Virus record (IMG/VR): IMGVR_UViG_3300020469_003050
Span: 124,001 to 188,000 of that record
Strand: one strand, 5' to 3'
Length of the DNA: 64,000 nucleotides
Of the stretch, positions 49,205 through 59,644 are shown piece by piece. Each line of letters starts with the position of its first letter. Position 1 is the stretch's first letter. Made by a program: the position numbers and the translations under genes. Below the pieces are notes generated by a model. That model was not told where the DNA came from, searched no databases, and was given only the letters and a program-made list of their open reading frames with translations.

Positions 49205-52200
49205 CTATGGCGTTGGTGGGTTAACAACTACAAAATCACCTTCATTATATTTGACGGTCATTTTTAGTGGTCCACCTTCTTCATCATTACTAATATCGTT
49301 AACGTCTCCGACACCTCTATTTGGAGATATAGCAACGTCTGGATATTCGTTTGATATTGTTTGTTTAATATTTTTACTGTTTAATCCTGGTTTATAATAA
49401 TCAAATGAATTAGGTGCCGCAGTACCGTCTACTAATCCAAAGTGTGTAGCAGGGTCTGTGACTGTTACTTCTTGTCCACTTGAGTTTGTATAAGTTATAG
49501 GACCTATAGCACTAAAGTCTAATACTTCCTCAGTCATTGTTACCCCTCCGACTGTTTCAGTTATTGTTGCTCTTGGTGCCGCTTCGGCTTTTTCTATTAA
49601 TTCATTGTATACAGAAGTAGCACTGTTATATTGATTGACTTGTGTTTGTGATATTTGCCCATTTGCTACTGCACCTTCTACATTGTTAATAGCAGTTCCA
49701 CCACTATCGCCTAATGTTTCTACTACAGGAATAGGTGCATTCTTATTTGGTGCTTTAATAGGTTTAGTTACTTTTTCGTATGTAACATCTCCGCTGGCAT
49801 CTTCTACTGCAATTACACCTGTTGTTACACCTTCACTAGTATCAAGGTCACTTCTTAATTGATTTACTTCTGCTTGTAATACTTCTGCTTTTGCTCTATC
49901 TTTATTTCTTCCATAGTTTCCTGTAAAGTAAAAACCATTATCAATATCGTCATTAAGTTCATCTAACTCTGACTCTTTAGATGTTAGTACTTCTAATTTT
50001 TTCTGGTCTTTTACACCTTGAATTGCATCGCCTCTAATACCAGATGTTGCATTTTCTGTTATAGTGTCTATAGATTTTTCTATAGTTTTAACTTCTGCAT
50101 ATTCTTGGTCTGTTAAATCATGTAACCCTCTGCCATCAATTATATCTTGTGCTTCTTGATTCAATGCAGAAACTTTATCAGCCTCGTTGGCAGTCAATGT
50201 TCCGCCTTCGACATTAACATTATAACTTCTAGGCATTCTTCCGGAAGCATATGCATCATGACTTGAAGAAAATCCTAAGTTATTAAGTTCAACGTCACCA
50301 TCAAGAATTGCATTTGGTCCGTCGACACTATTTGCTTTTTCGGTATTTGTTGCCGTCCCGTCTGCATCAACTACCTCTAAGTTATCCATAATTGATAACG
50401 GTTCTTTTTTGATATCATCGTTGCCTTTAACATATCTTTCTGATTCAATTCTATTTGCATCATTGATTGCATCTAATTCATTTTGGTCTACTCCAGTAAC
50501 GTTTGTTCCTATTGTTGCATTACCTGATGCCTCAAGAGCATGGTCTATCTCTGCCATAGTTTGTGCAGAAACAATGTAACCATTATCTATTGACTCATTG
50601 TATGCATTACGTGTTGACTCTGCTACTGAATTGTTTCCTGTTTGATAATCATCTGCTAATCTTTTTGCGATATCATTTGCAGATTGTTGTACTGCAACAC
50701 AAGATTGTTGATGTCCTAATGCACATAGACCCTCTGCCTGTTGTCTAGCAAGTGCTAACTGTTTTGCAACTGATTCATTTGGTACTGCATAATCGTTTTG
50801 GTTTGAAGGTTCAAGAAAGTTGGTTGTTGCATTTTGTAATGCCATGACCGCATGCGGACCTGTTGCTGATACATCGACTATATATCTATCGCCTTCTGGA
50901 GTAACTCCTGTACCTGCTCCCGCTGGTGCGACTATATCATCTGCAAATTCTTTTGCTTCTATGTCTGCTTTTTCATTTGGATTTTCTAATCCGTTCCCAG
51001 GATCATTAACTCCTAGTAACGGTTGAATTTCCATTTGTGCTACATCTAAATTTACTAACTCTGGTTCTGGTGCATCTAATGTTGCATCTATTTTTACAAA
51101 TTCTTCTGCGGCTGGTAATTTAACTAAACCTAATGTTTGTGTAAATAATCCACCACTAAAAGAACTAATAACAGATTGTACAGAATACACACTAGTTATT
51201 AATCTTGTCTTTTTTATACCATCATAATTTTCTGAATCTTGTCCTACACGATTTGGATCATTTAAAAATACATCTTCTGCTTTATCAGAAACTAACATAA
51301 GATAGTTACAACCATTAATTTTAGAAAGATGCATCTTATAATCTTCAAGGGAATTCTTATTACCAAACTTTGCTTTCTCCATAGAAGGAGACAGAATACT
51401 ATCTACCCAATATGGGTCACCCTTAATTGTCATATTAACATTCAACATACTTAAGTTATTATTTCTGCCTTCATAATATTTTTCCATTGCAACTTCAATG
51501 TTTTCTTGGTCTGGTGATTTAATAACATTTAAGTTAGTAGGTTGTGACAACATAGACTTTGTAATACGTGAAAAGTTAATTGGGTTTTCTACAAGTGCTT
51601 TTAGTAAACTAGAAAACTGGTCTTTGCTTAACTTATTAATCATTTCTTTATCTAGGTCTTCTGAAAGTATAAGTTCTTGTCCTTCACTGCCAGGGAATAA
51701 ACCAAGTTCATTCCAATTATCGCCTATCATATTTGTACTCTCAATAATTTTAGTTGAGTACAAATGTCCTAATGCTTCACGCATAACTTCATTTTGGGTT
51801 ACTTCGTTTTCTTTTTGGTCTACTAATGTTTGATTAAGGTCTGTTCTTGTCTCTTGAATTTGATTGTGAAGTTTGTTGTAGTTTTCACGTACTTCGCCTT
51901 TGAAAATTTCATTAATGATTTCGTATTCTTCTGAATCCTCATCAAACATTTCTAACATTTGATTTGCATCTGCGTTTTCAATAGCATTTAATATATCTGC
52001 TACGTTTGAATCAACTGCATTGTCTGGACCAGTAATTCTTCTTTTAACTCTTTCTTTGAATTCGTTTTTTATTTCGTTATTCAAATCATCAAATCTTTTT
52101 TGATATTGATTTGATGCAGTTTTCAGCATCTTAATGCCATCTTTTAATCCAGTTGCTTGACCTTCTAATTCTGTTAATTTTTGTTCTGCCCTTGAATCAA

Positions 52201-54082
52201 TTTCATTTCTCCAATCACCAACAGTTTCTAAAAAACTATTTGCCATATAAGCATCACTAGGAAGCACATATGCTTTTTGTAATTGATTTGATAGACTAAT
52301 AGTTAAATCTAAAATATGTTCGTTTCTGCCTGTATATTGATAATAATATCTTTTATTACAATGACCTTCTAAAAATACTGAACTTAATATCTTTGCCGTT
52401 TGTTCTGTTAGTTTTGCACTGTGTAATTGATTTTGAACAATTAATGCTTTTTGTACAGTAAGAAAATATGTAACTTCATATGTTTGTTTGCTAGTTAAAA
52501 CATTATAACCGCCTAACTTAGGTCTTGCGTGTGGTAAAATTCTAAACAAGTTACTCAACTTTGGTTTTTCGTCTGTCAATGCTTCTCTTATTTCTTTAGA
52601 GTTTAAACATATGCTTTCTATTGCATTATATATAGATGAGCCGGGTGTTATGACACCTGTTTGTTGTCCTATTTTTACTGAATTCTTTTTTGATGTTTCA
52701 TTATTGCCTGAGGCTTTATTAGCCTCATCTGGTGAAGTCATTTGTCCTTGTGCAAACATTTGTTTGAAGTTATCATCCATTTCAAACTTATAATCGTTTA
52801 TAAATTCTGAGTCTCCAACTATTGACCTTTCGACTACTTTTTCATTTAATTTTTTGAAAAAGTTTTCTAATGTTTCTTGTAATGTATCAGCAACATCAAA
52901 CTCAAAGTTGTATTCCATTTGTGATAAATCTGAATCTGCAATAACTTTATCATTTACTATTGTTCCATCGATAACAAGATTTGTTCCTTTTGATTCTGTG
53001 ACAGATTGTAATTCATTATATTTTGTAATTACGAATGGGAATATTTTTGTTGCTGGTAAATTCTTTACTACGTTTCCATCATTATCATATCCTTTAAAAC
53101 GCACCTTCATAAAGAATGTTGCATTTTGTAAATCAGGATATCCACAAATTAAAATACTATTGTTTAGCATATCAGGAAGTGATGTTCCGCCAACTTGTGA
53201 AATTGTAAATTGTAGATTAGTGGCAGTGCCTGCCATCTTTGATGCAGTAGATGTGCCTTGTCCGACACTGGTTACTGTTAAGTCTGTAATGTTTAATTCT
53301 GTTGTTATTCCTGTTCTTGCAATCGTAACCACGTTCATATCATTTGTAGGCCAAGCATCATTTACAATGTCGTCCATCATTTGTGGTGTTTGCTCGTATG
53401 CAAGAAATTTATTTGCTTCTTGTTGATTAACAATAAACAAATCTAAATTATAAGTATAATGTTCAAATGCATCTAATTCGTTTTCCCAAAACAAATTTTG
53501 TGCTTCCATGTTTTGAATTAGTTCAGCTAGACTGGCAGATGATTTAATTGCATTTCGTTTTTTATCTTCAATATCTGATATGCCTTCTACTTCTGGTTCT
53601 TGTATTACTTCTCCATTAGATATTAGTTCTCGTTGGTCATCATCGTCAATAACAGGAACGCCGTCTGGTTGAGTACCGTACGCCATACCTAATCCGCCTT
53701 CAATACTGTCTCCGAAATAATCTAATGCTTCTTGTCCGCCTTCTTTTTGGATCATAGCCGAAACCATTTTTTCTGCTAGTTCTGGATTAGCAGATAAATC
53801 AATGGAAGCATCTTTATCTATTCCCATTTTTGATGCAACGAAGTCTACATAACCAGTAGTATCATTTTCGTTAGGTGGAGCCCAACGTTGAATTATTCCT
53901 TCAACTGTGTTTAGTCCGTGTTTGTCTTGATAAGTTTCTAGTGTTCTACCTAATGCTCTAACACCATGTTCTGGTGTGGCAAAAGAAACAAATGCGCCAT
54001 CGTCACCTGTCTTACCTTTCCAAGCAGTAGAGTTTGTTCTAATATTGCCTGGGTTATTATTTCTTACACTTCTAACTGCCAT
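49205..54082 (-). CDS. baseplate hub-like protein with an N-terminal lysozyme-like (NNPGNI) domain
   Basis: VRNNNPGNIR...FATPEHGVRAL...RWAPPNEN; hub-type YTYNL, YYYQYTG, MTIKGDPYW. Confidence 0.65.
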   Translation of the reverse strand: MAVRSVRNNNPGNIRTNSTAWKGKTGDDGAFVSFATPEHGVRALGRTLETYQDKHGLNTVEGIIQRWAPPNENDTTGYVDFVASKMGIDKDASIDLSANPELAEKMVSAMIQKEGGQEALDYFGDSIEGGLGMAYGTQPDGVPVIDDDDQRELISNGEVIQEPEVEGISDIEDKKRNAIKSSASLAELIQNMEAQNLFWENELDAFEHYTYNLDLFIVNQQEANKFLAYEQTPQMMDDIVNDAWPTNDMNVVTIARTGITTELNITDLTVTSVGQGTSTASKMAGTATNLQFTISQVGGTSLPDMLNNSILICGYPDLQNATFFMKVRFKGYDNDGNVVKNLPATKIFPFVITKYNELQSVTESKGTNLVIDGTIVNDKVIADSDLSQMEYNFEFDVADTLQETLENFFKKLNEKVVERSIVGDSEFINDYKFEMDDNFKQMFAQGQMTSPDEANKASGNNETSKKNSVKIGQQTGVITPGSSIYNAIESICLNSKEIREALTDEKPKLSNLFRILPHARPKLGGYNVLTSKQTYEVTYFLTVQKALIVQNQLHSAKLTEQTAKILSSVFLEGHCNKRYYYQYTGRNEHILDLTISLSNQLQKAYVLPSDAYMANSFLETVGDWRNEIDSRAEQKLTELEGQATGLKDGIKMLKTASNQYQKRFDDLNNEIKNEFKERVKRRITGPDNAVDSNVADILNAIENADANQMLEMFDEDSEEYEIINEIFKGEVRENYNKLHNQIQETRTDLNQTLVDQKENEVTQNEVMREALGHLYSTKIIESTNMIGDNWNELGLFPGSEGQELILSEDLDKEMINKLSKDQFSSLLKALVENPINFSRITKSMLSQPTNLNVIKSPDQENIEVAMEKYYEGRNNNLSMLNVNMTIKGDPYWVDSILSPSMEKAKFGNKNSLEDYKMHLSKINGCNYLMLVSDKAEDVFLNDPNRVGQDSENYDGIKKTRLITSVYSVQSVISSFSGGLFTQTLGLVKLPAAEEFVKIDATLDAPEPELVNLDVAQMEIQPLLGVNDPGNGLENPNEKADIEAKEFADDIVAPAGAGTGVTPEGDRYIVDVSATGPHAVMALQNATTNFLEPSNQNDYAVPNESVAKQLALARQQAEGLCALGHQQSCVAVQQSANDIAKRLADDYQTGNNSVAESTRNAYNESIDNGYIVSAQTMAEIDHALEASGNATIGTNVTGVDQNELDAINDANRIESERYVKGNDDIKKEPLSIMDNLEVVDADGTATNTEKANSVDGPNAILDGDVELNNLGFSSSHDAYASGRMPRSYNVNVEGGTLTANEADKVSALNQEAQDIIDGRGLHDLTDQEYAEVKTIEKSIDTITENATSGIRGDAIQGVKDQKKLEVLTSKESELDELNDDIDNGFYFTGNYGRNKDRAKAEVLQAEVNQLRSDLDTSEGVTTGVIAVEDASGDVTYEKVTKPIKAPNKNAPIPVVETLGDSGGTAINNVEGAVANGQISQTQVNQYNSATSVYNELIEKAEAAPRATITETVGGVTMTEEVLDFSAIGPITYTNSSGQEVTVTDPATHFGLVDGTAAPNSFDYYKPGLNSKNIKQTISNEYPDVAISPNRGVGDVNDISNDEEGGPLKMTVKYNEGDFVVVNPPTP

Positions 54083-54088
54083 TATATA

Positions 54089-54382
54089 CTACTTCATGTT
54101 ATCTAACTGGTTCTTGCTAGGTATTTTTATTTTTGTTCCTGCCGTAAAATCATTTATTGGGTCCTGTATAATATCAGGATTTCTTTTAGCAAAAATCCAC
54201 CAGTATTTTGAAGTACCATATAATTCGTAACTGCATAAGTCAGGTCTGAGATTATAAGTTTGTGGTATTGTGTAAGTTTCGTCTAATGCACTTCTTTGTA
54301 AAAATACGGGATTTTGTATATCCAATACTTTATTTTTTAGAACAGTAGTCTTCTTCCACGGAGAAGTTGGATCATAAGCCAT
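54089..54382 (-). CDS. gp53: gp53-like LysM-fold baseplate protein
   Basis: YNLRPDLCSYELYGTSKYWWIFA...GTKIKIP. Confidence 0.8.
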   Translation of the reverse strand: MAYDPTSPWKKTTVLKNKVLDIQNPVFLQRSALDETYTIPQTYNLRPDLCSYELYGTSKYWWIFAKRNPDIIQDPINDFTAGTKIKIPSKNQLDNMK

Positions 54383-54948
54383 TATACATACCCCTTATTA
54401 GCTAAATTTCCACTTAAATAATCTTGCATATTAAAGTTTTTTCTAACATTCTTTGGAGAATATGTAGTTGTTAATGACATAACAAACATATTCTGTACTG
54501 GAACTCTTGCACCATTTGTTTCAACATAGTCGATATCTGAGTCTAAGTTCCATGTAAAATCTCTTATTAAAACAGGAACATTTTTATAGATGCCATGTGC
54601 ATCTAATCTCAATATTGGTGGGGGAAGACCAGCATTATCTGATTGCATTCCAAAGTCCATTTTCAATGCGCCTCTTAAGAAGTTAGCCATTTGCAATACA
54701 GTTTGTGCCTCACTTGTACTACGAACAATAACTGGAGCAGTCATGTTAAATTCAGTATTTGAAGACATATCGAATGCTCTTTGTTGAAAATTAGTGTGAG
54801 ATAAGTCATAGGAACTGTATCCAGTACTCGTTAATACTGTGATTGTTGGTGTATATGGGAACTGAATAGTGTTCAATCCAGATGCACTTAATCGTCCACT
54901 AGGGTCTCTTAGTGATACTGGTTGTTGTGTTGCATACATATTGTCCAT
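54382..54948 (-). CDS. tail tube initiator/baseplate protein (gp48/gp54-like)
   Basis: IQFPYTPTI, PPPILRLDAHG...KNVPVLIRDF. Confidence 0.65.
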   Translation of the reverse strand: MDNMYATQQPVSLRDPSGRLSASGLNTIQFPYTPTITVLTSTGYSSYDLSHTNFQQRAFDMSSNTEFNMTAPVIVRSTSEAQTVLQMANFLRGALKMDFGMQSDNAGLPPPILRLDAHGIYKNVPVLIRDFTWNLDSDIDYVETNGARVPVQNMFVMSLTTTYSPKNVRKNFNMQDYLSGNLANKGYV

Positions 54949-54968
54949 GTTTAACTCCTTCTTTGTTG

Positions 54969-54976
54969 TATTTATC
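54969..54976 (-). promoter_or_regulatory. late promoter GATAAATA
   Basis: Upstream of the hub/spike operon. Confidence 0.7.
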
Positions 54977-55017
54977 GTTACTTAAACTACGAAGTTTAAA
55001 AATAAGTATTTTAGCAC

Positions 55018-55046
55018 TTGACATTGGGTTTCAGATGTATTATAAT
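55018..55046 (+). promoter_or_regulatory. sigma70 promoter
   Basis: TTGACA-N17-TATAAT (exact consensus). Confidence 0.85.
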
Positions 55047-55071
55047 TAATAATATTAATAGGAGCAAAACC

Positions 55072-55944
55072 ATGGCACGTAGAGGTCAAAATTATTTAAA
55101 CAATAAAGATATGCTTAAAGAAATTCATATCTCTAAATCAAACTTTTGTTGGTTTGAAGACAGAGAAACACATCATCAATATGATGTTATCTTAGACGAT
55201 GTAAGTGAAATTCATAAAGCAGAAGAACAAGCAAGAACCAATCGAGCAAATAGATTACAAAAAGCCGCTTGGGACTTAAATGAAGATAAAAAGAAAAGAC
55301 AAGTAGACTTTGCAGTAGATCCAGCATCTTTCGATAAAGAATTGTTGGTTTTCAGAGTTATGACTTTCGACCATATTCCAGATGAACCTGGTCGTAAAGC
55401 AAACCCAAAGTCTGTCGCAGACCACAAAGTAAAGCTACATTTCCCACCATATAAACATTATGTTATTGATGGCAAAAAGACAAGAGAAGTAGCATGGTCA
55501 CATTACAACAAAGACAAAGAATTTGATTTACGAGGCGGTAAGATTACGGCAACGTTAGCCAATATGTACATCAAATTAGTTGAGCGTTATTCTCAAAGAA
55601 GTAACTGGAGAGGCTATACGTATATCGATGAAATGCGTGGACAAGCACTTTTACAACTTGCACAAATTGGATTACAATTCAATGAAGCAAAAAGTGATAA
55701 CCCATTTGCATATTATACGGCGGCTGTAAACAATTCATTTACACGTGTTCTAAACACTGAAAAGAAAAATCAAGGTATTCGTGATGACCTATTAGAGAAA
55801 TCAGGTCAGATGCCAAGTTGGACTAGACAATTAGAACATGAAATGAAATCTCAGGAAAGATGGCAAAAAGTAATTAAAACAAGAATTACTGATGAACAAA
55901 TTCCAACAGAAACTATCAAAGAGATTTACGCCGACAATGACTAA
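55072..55944 (+). CDS. gp55: late transcription sigma factor, T4 gp55-like
   Basis: NYLNNKDML...NWRGYTYIDEM...FNEAKSDNPFAYYT; true start ATG 55072 with RBS GGAG. Confidence 0.85.
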   Translation: MARRGQNYLNNKDMLKEIHISKSNFCWFEDRETHHQYDVILDDVSEIHKAEEQARTNRANRLQKAAWDLNEDKKKRQVDFAVDPASFDKELLVFRVMTFDHIPDEPGRKANPKSVADHKVKLHFPPYKHYVIDGKKTREVAWSHYNKDKEFDLRGGKITATLANMYIKLVERYSQRSNWRGYTYIDEMRGQALLQLAQIGLQFNEAKSDNPFAYYTAAVNNSFTRVLNTEKKNQGIRDDLLEKSGQMPSWTRQLEHEMKSQERWQKVIKTRITDEQIPTETIKEIYADND

Positions 55945-56953
55945 TCTATTTAAAAAAGCCGCTTGGTTCACTGATATACATTATGGTATGCGTAACAACG
56001 CACGCCAACATAATATCGATTGTGATGAATTCATAGACTGGTTTATTCAAGAAGCTAAAGCTAAAGGTTGCGAGACTTGTATCTTTGGTGGTGACTGGCA
56101 TCATAATCGTGCTAGTTTGAATATCTCAACTATGAAGTATAGCCTTGCAGGTTTACGAAAACTTAATAATTCGTTTGAAAAAGTTTACTTTATTTTAGGT
56201 AATCATGATTTGTTTTATCGTGAAACACGTGATGTAAACTCAGTAGAGTTTGCAAAAGAATTACCTAATATAGTTCTAATCGATGATAAACTAGTTGAAG
56301 GCGATGTAGCATTGACTAGTTGGTTAGTTGGGGATGAATGGAAAAAGATACCAAAGATAAAAACAAAATATATGTTCGGACACTTTGAACTTCCAACGTT
56401 CAAATTAAATGCGATGGTAGAAATGCCAGACCATGGTGGACTAAAAAGTGAAATGTTTGAACATCAAGATTTTGTTTTCTCAGGACACTTTCATCATCGT
56501 CAAGTAAAAGGCAACGTGATATATACAGGTAATGCATTTCCACACAACTTCTCAGATGCAGGAGATGATGAACGTGGTTGGATGTTCTTAGAATGGGACA
56601 AAGAACCGGAATTCTTTGCATGGCCTGATGCTCCTAAATATAAAAATATCACGTTGTCTACACTACTTGAAAATCCATCGAAGTACTTGTTACCTAAAAC
56701 AAGTGCAAGAATAACACTTGATATAGACATTACATATGAAGAAGCTACGTTCATTAAAGATACGTTTGTTGAAGCATATGACTTACGAGACATTGCATTA
56801 CAGCCAATGAAGAACAGTGAGCATGAAAGCGACACTGGTGCTGAAATTCATTTTGAAACAATCGATGAAATTGTAATTTCACAATTAAACTCTATTGATG
56901 ATAATGGTAGCTTTAATAAAAAAGTTCTTGTTGAACTATATCAGAATTTATAA
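55937..56953 (+). CDS. gp47: Mre11/SbcD-like recombination nuclease (gp47)
   Basis: FTDIHYG, GGDWHH, LGNHD, FGHFE, FSGHFH. Confidence 0.93.
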   Translation: MTNLFKKAAWFTDIHYGMRNNARQHNIDCDEFIDWFIQEAKAKGCETCIFGGDWHHNRASLNISTMKYSLAGLRKLNNSFEKVYFILGNHDLFYRETRDVNSVEFAKELPNIVLIDDKLVEGDVALTSWLVGDEWKKIPKIKTKYMFGHFELPTFKLNAMVEMPDHGGLKSEMFEHQDFVFSGHFHHRQVKGNVIYTGNAFPHNFSDAGDDERGWMFLEWDKEPEFFAWPDAPKYKNITLSTLLENPSKYLLPKTSARITLDIDITYEEATFIKDTFVEAYDLRDIALQPMKNSEHESDTGAEIHFETIDEIVISQLNSIDDNGSFNKKVLVELYQNL

Positions 56954-56954
56954 T

Positions 56955-57560
56955 ATGAAAAAAGATTTATATGTATTAATCACAGGGAACAAGTACTATG
57001 GGCTTTGCAAAGCGATATGCAATCTTTTTGATAGTGTGGATAATATTAGTTATCGCACTGCTAGTCGTACAAATGATTGGTCGTTAGATAAGAATTCTGA
57101 ACAAGAAAGATTGGCTGAGTATTTTGTCAATGAAGGGTTTGATATCTTCATTAACAATTCAGCATTATGGAAATTTCACCAGATAATGATTGCAGAACAT
57201 GTTTATAATAAATGTGTAGAAAAAGAAAGGTCTGCACATATTATTAATATAGGTTCTACTGCCGATACAGGTGTAAAAGGTAGAACATGGAGATATCCAA
57301 CAGAAAAGAAAGCACTAAAAGATTATAATCGTGATTTAACATACATGACAATGGGAGGTTCTAATATCAAATCAACACTGATATCACCGGGTAGTTTAAC
57401 AACACCAAGTGTAATGAAGAAACATCCTGATAGAAAGTTCTTAGATACAGAGTATGTAGCTGAGTTGATTTTATGGTTGATTAATCAACCAGATTATGTT
57501 AATATTAATGAAATTTCTGTAGATCCAATACAGACAGGAATATACGCAAGAGAGAGGTAG
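56955..57560 (+). CDS. short-chain dehydrogenase/reductase
   Basis: LITGNKYYGL, DIFINNSA, IINIGST, YPTEK (YxxxK), ISPG. Confidence 0.85.
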   Translation: MKKDLYVLITGNKYYGLCKAICNLFDSVDNISYRTASRTNDWSLDKNSEQERLAEYFVNEGFDIFINNSALWKFHQIMIAEHVYNKCVEKERSAHIINIGSTADTGVKGRTWRYPTEKKALKDYNRDLTYMTMGGSNIKSTLISPGSLTTPSVMKKHPDRKFLDTEYVAELILWLINQPDYVNINEISVDPIQTGIYARER

Positions 57561-57564
57561 ACGT

Positions 57565-59382
57565 TTGTTAAAAATTAAGAATATAACGGTCCGTAACTTT
57601 ATGAGTGTTGGGAACGTAACACAGGCAGTAGACCTGGAACGTGACAACTTAACACTTGTATTAGGTAACAACCTAGACTTAGGTGGTGATGGTTCTCGTA
57701 ACGGTACGGGTAAAACTACACTCATCAATGCATTATCATATGGTATGTATGGTAACGCACTTACCAATATTAGAAAAGATAATCTAATTAATAAGACAAA
57801 TGGTAAGAACATGATTGTTACTATTGACTTTGAATTTAACGGAAGTCAATACAGGATTGAACGTGGACGTAGACCTAATGTATTTCGTTTTATCAGAGAC
57901 GGTATCGATTTAAACGATGGCGGTGGTGATGAAGCACAAGGTGAAATGAGACAAACTCAAACAGAAGTTGATTCTATTATTGGTATTTCTCATTCAATGT
58001 TCAAACACATTGTTGCACTTAATACGTACACAGAACCATTTCTTTCAATGAGAGCAAATGACCAACGTGAACTAATCGAAGAACTATTAGGTATTACTGA
58101 ATTGTCTCGTAAAGCAGAGGCACTTAAAGAAGTAATCAAAGAAACAAAAGACCAGATGAAAGACGAAGAATACAGTCTTAAAGCAAAAGAAGATGCAAAC
58201 ACTCGTATTCTAAAAAGTATTTCAGACATTGAACGTAGACAACGTATCTGGAAAGATAAACACGAAACAGAATTAAAAGAATTAGAGTCAGCCTTAGAGG
58301 CGTTATCTCATGTAGACATCAAACAAGAGATTGCTAATCATCAACTATTAAATGAATTTACCGAAAAGAAATCTAAGTTAGATGAAGCACAACGATGGGT
58401 TGATAGTATCAATACTGATAATCAAAAATTTTCCGATTTAGAAACAAGAGTTATTAGTGATATAGAAAAGATTAAAGACCATAAATGCTTTGCATGTGGA
58501 CAAGAAGTACACGATAGCAAACAAGAAGAAATTCTAAAAGAAAAAGAAGAACTATTAGGTGAAACTAAATCTCATTTAATGGAAAATGCAACTAAGTTAG
58601 AAACACATACATCAGTAATTAGTGAAGTAGGTGAACTTGGTAATAAGCCTACAGTATTTTATGATGATTTAAATGATGCATACGAACATCAAAACTCAGT
58701 TAGTATGTTGAAAGAACAAATCGAAACTAAAAAGAAACAAGAAGATCCTTATACTGAACAGATTAAAGAAATGCGTGAAAGTAGTTTAGAAGAACTAAAT
58801 TACAATACAATGAATGCACTTGTTTCTTATCGTGAACACCAAGACTTCTTAATGAAACTATTAACAAATAAAGATAGTTTTATTCGTAAAAAGATTATTG
58901 ACCAAAACTTATCTTATCTAAACACACGTTTAGAAAAGTATCTTGATAGACTAGGTTTACCTCATGAAGTTAAATTTATGAGTGACTTAACTGTAGAAAT
59001 TACAGAGTTAGGTCGTGAACTAGACTTTGACAATCTATCAAGAGGTGAACGTAATAGACTTATTTTAGGTCTATCATGGGCTTTCCGTGATATATACGAG
59101 TCACTATATAGCACTATTAATGTTCTATTTGTTGATGAACTTATTGATAGTGGAATGGATACGAACGGTGTCGAATCATCACTAGCAGTTCTTAAGAAAA
59201 TGCAACGTGATAGAAATCGCTCTATCTTTTTAGTATCTCATAGGGACGAATTATATGGTCGTGTGACTAATGTTCTTAATGTGATTAAAGAAAACGGCTT
59301 TACTACTTTCTCACAAGAGGATGCAATAGAGGCGGAAACAAATGAAATGACTAAACCACAAGAAGGAGTACCAAATGTCTGA
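57565..59382 (+). CDS. gp46: Rad50/SbcC-like recombination ATPase (gp46)
   Basis: RNGTGKT Walker A, CFAC zinc hook, LSRGE signature, FVDE Walker B. Confidence 0.95.
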   Translation: MLKIKNITVRNFMSVGNVTQAVDLERDNLTLVLGNNLDLGGDGSRNGTGKTTLINALSYGMYGNALTNIRKDNLINKTNGKNMIVTIDFEFNGSQYRIERGRRPNVFRFIRDGIDLNDGGGDEAQGEMRQTQTEVDSIIGISHSMFKHIVALNTYTEPFLSMRANDQRELIEELLGITELSRKAEALKEVIKETKDQMKDEEYSLKAKEDANTRILKSISDIERRQRIWKDKHETELKELESALEALSHVDIKQEIANHQLLNEFTEKKSKLDEAQRWVDSINTDNQKFSDLETRVISDIEKIKDHKCFACGQEVHDSKQEEILKEKEELLGETKSHLMENATKLETHTSVISEVGELGNKPTVFYDDLNDAYEHQNSVSMLKEQIETKKKQEDPYTEQIKEMRESSLEELNYNTMNALVSYREHQDFLMKLLTNKDSFIRKKIIDQNLSYLNTRLEKYLDRLGLPHEVKFMSDLTVEITELGRELDFDNLSRGERNRLILGLSWAFRDIYESLYSTINVLFVDELIDSGMDTNGVESSLAVLKKMQRDRNRSIFLVSHRDELYGRVTNVLNVIKENGFTTFSQEDAIEAETNEMTKPQEGVPNV

Positions 59383-59632
59383 TTTTAAAATGGTTCATAA
59401 GCCACATAAAATGTTAGAATGGCTTGAAGGTGAATGCACTGAATGGGCTCATGGCATAATCAAAGAACATTTTCAAGTAGAAGATACTGATACATTATCT
59501 AAGGAACAAATCGAAGAAGTTATTGCTGAATGGGAATTACTAGCCGATAGTCCAAGTTATGATTTCTTGTCAATGGGTTTCAGAAACATAATTAGTTCGT
59601 GGGAAAATGAACACGATGATTATTTAATTTAA
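59375..59632 (+). CDS. hypothetical protein
   Basis: RBS AAGGAG; overlaps the gp46 stop. Confidence 0.65.
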   Translation: MSDFKMVHKPHKMLEWLEGECTEWAHGIIKEHFQVEDTDTLSKEQIEEVIAEWELLADSPSYDFLSMGFRNIISSWENEHDDYLI

Positions 59633-59644
59633 AAGGAGTATAAC

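Noticed and set aside
55018-55071. TTG start for the sigma factor gene given by the ORF track
   Set aside because: That TTG is the -35 box of an exact-consensus promoter; the ATG at 55072 has a proper RBS.
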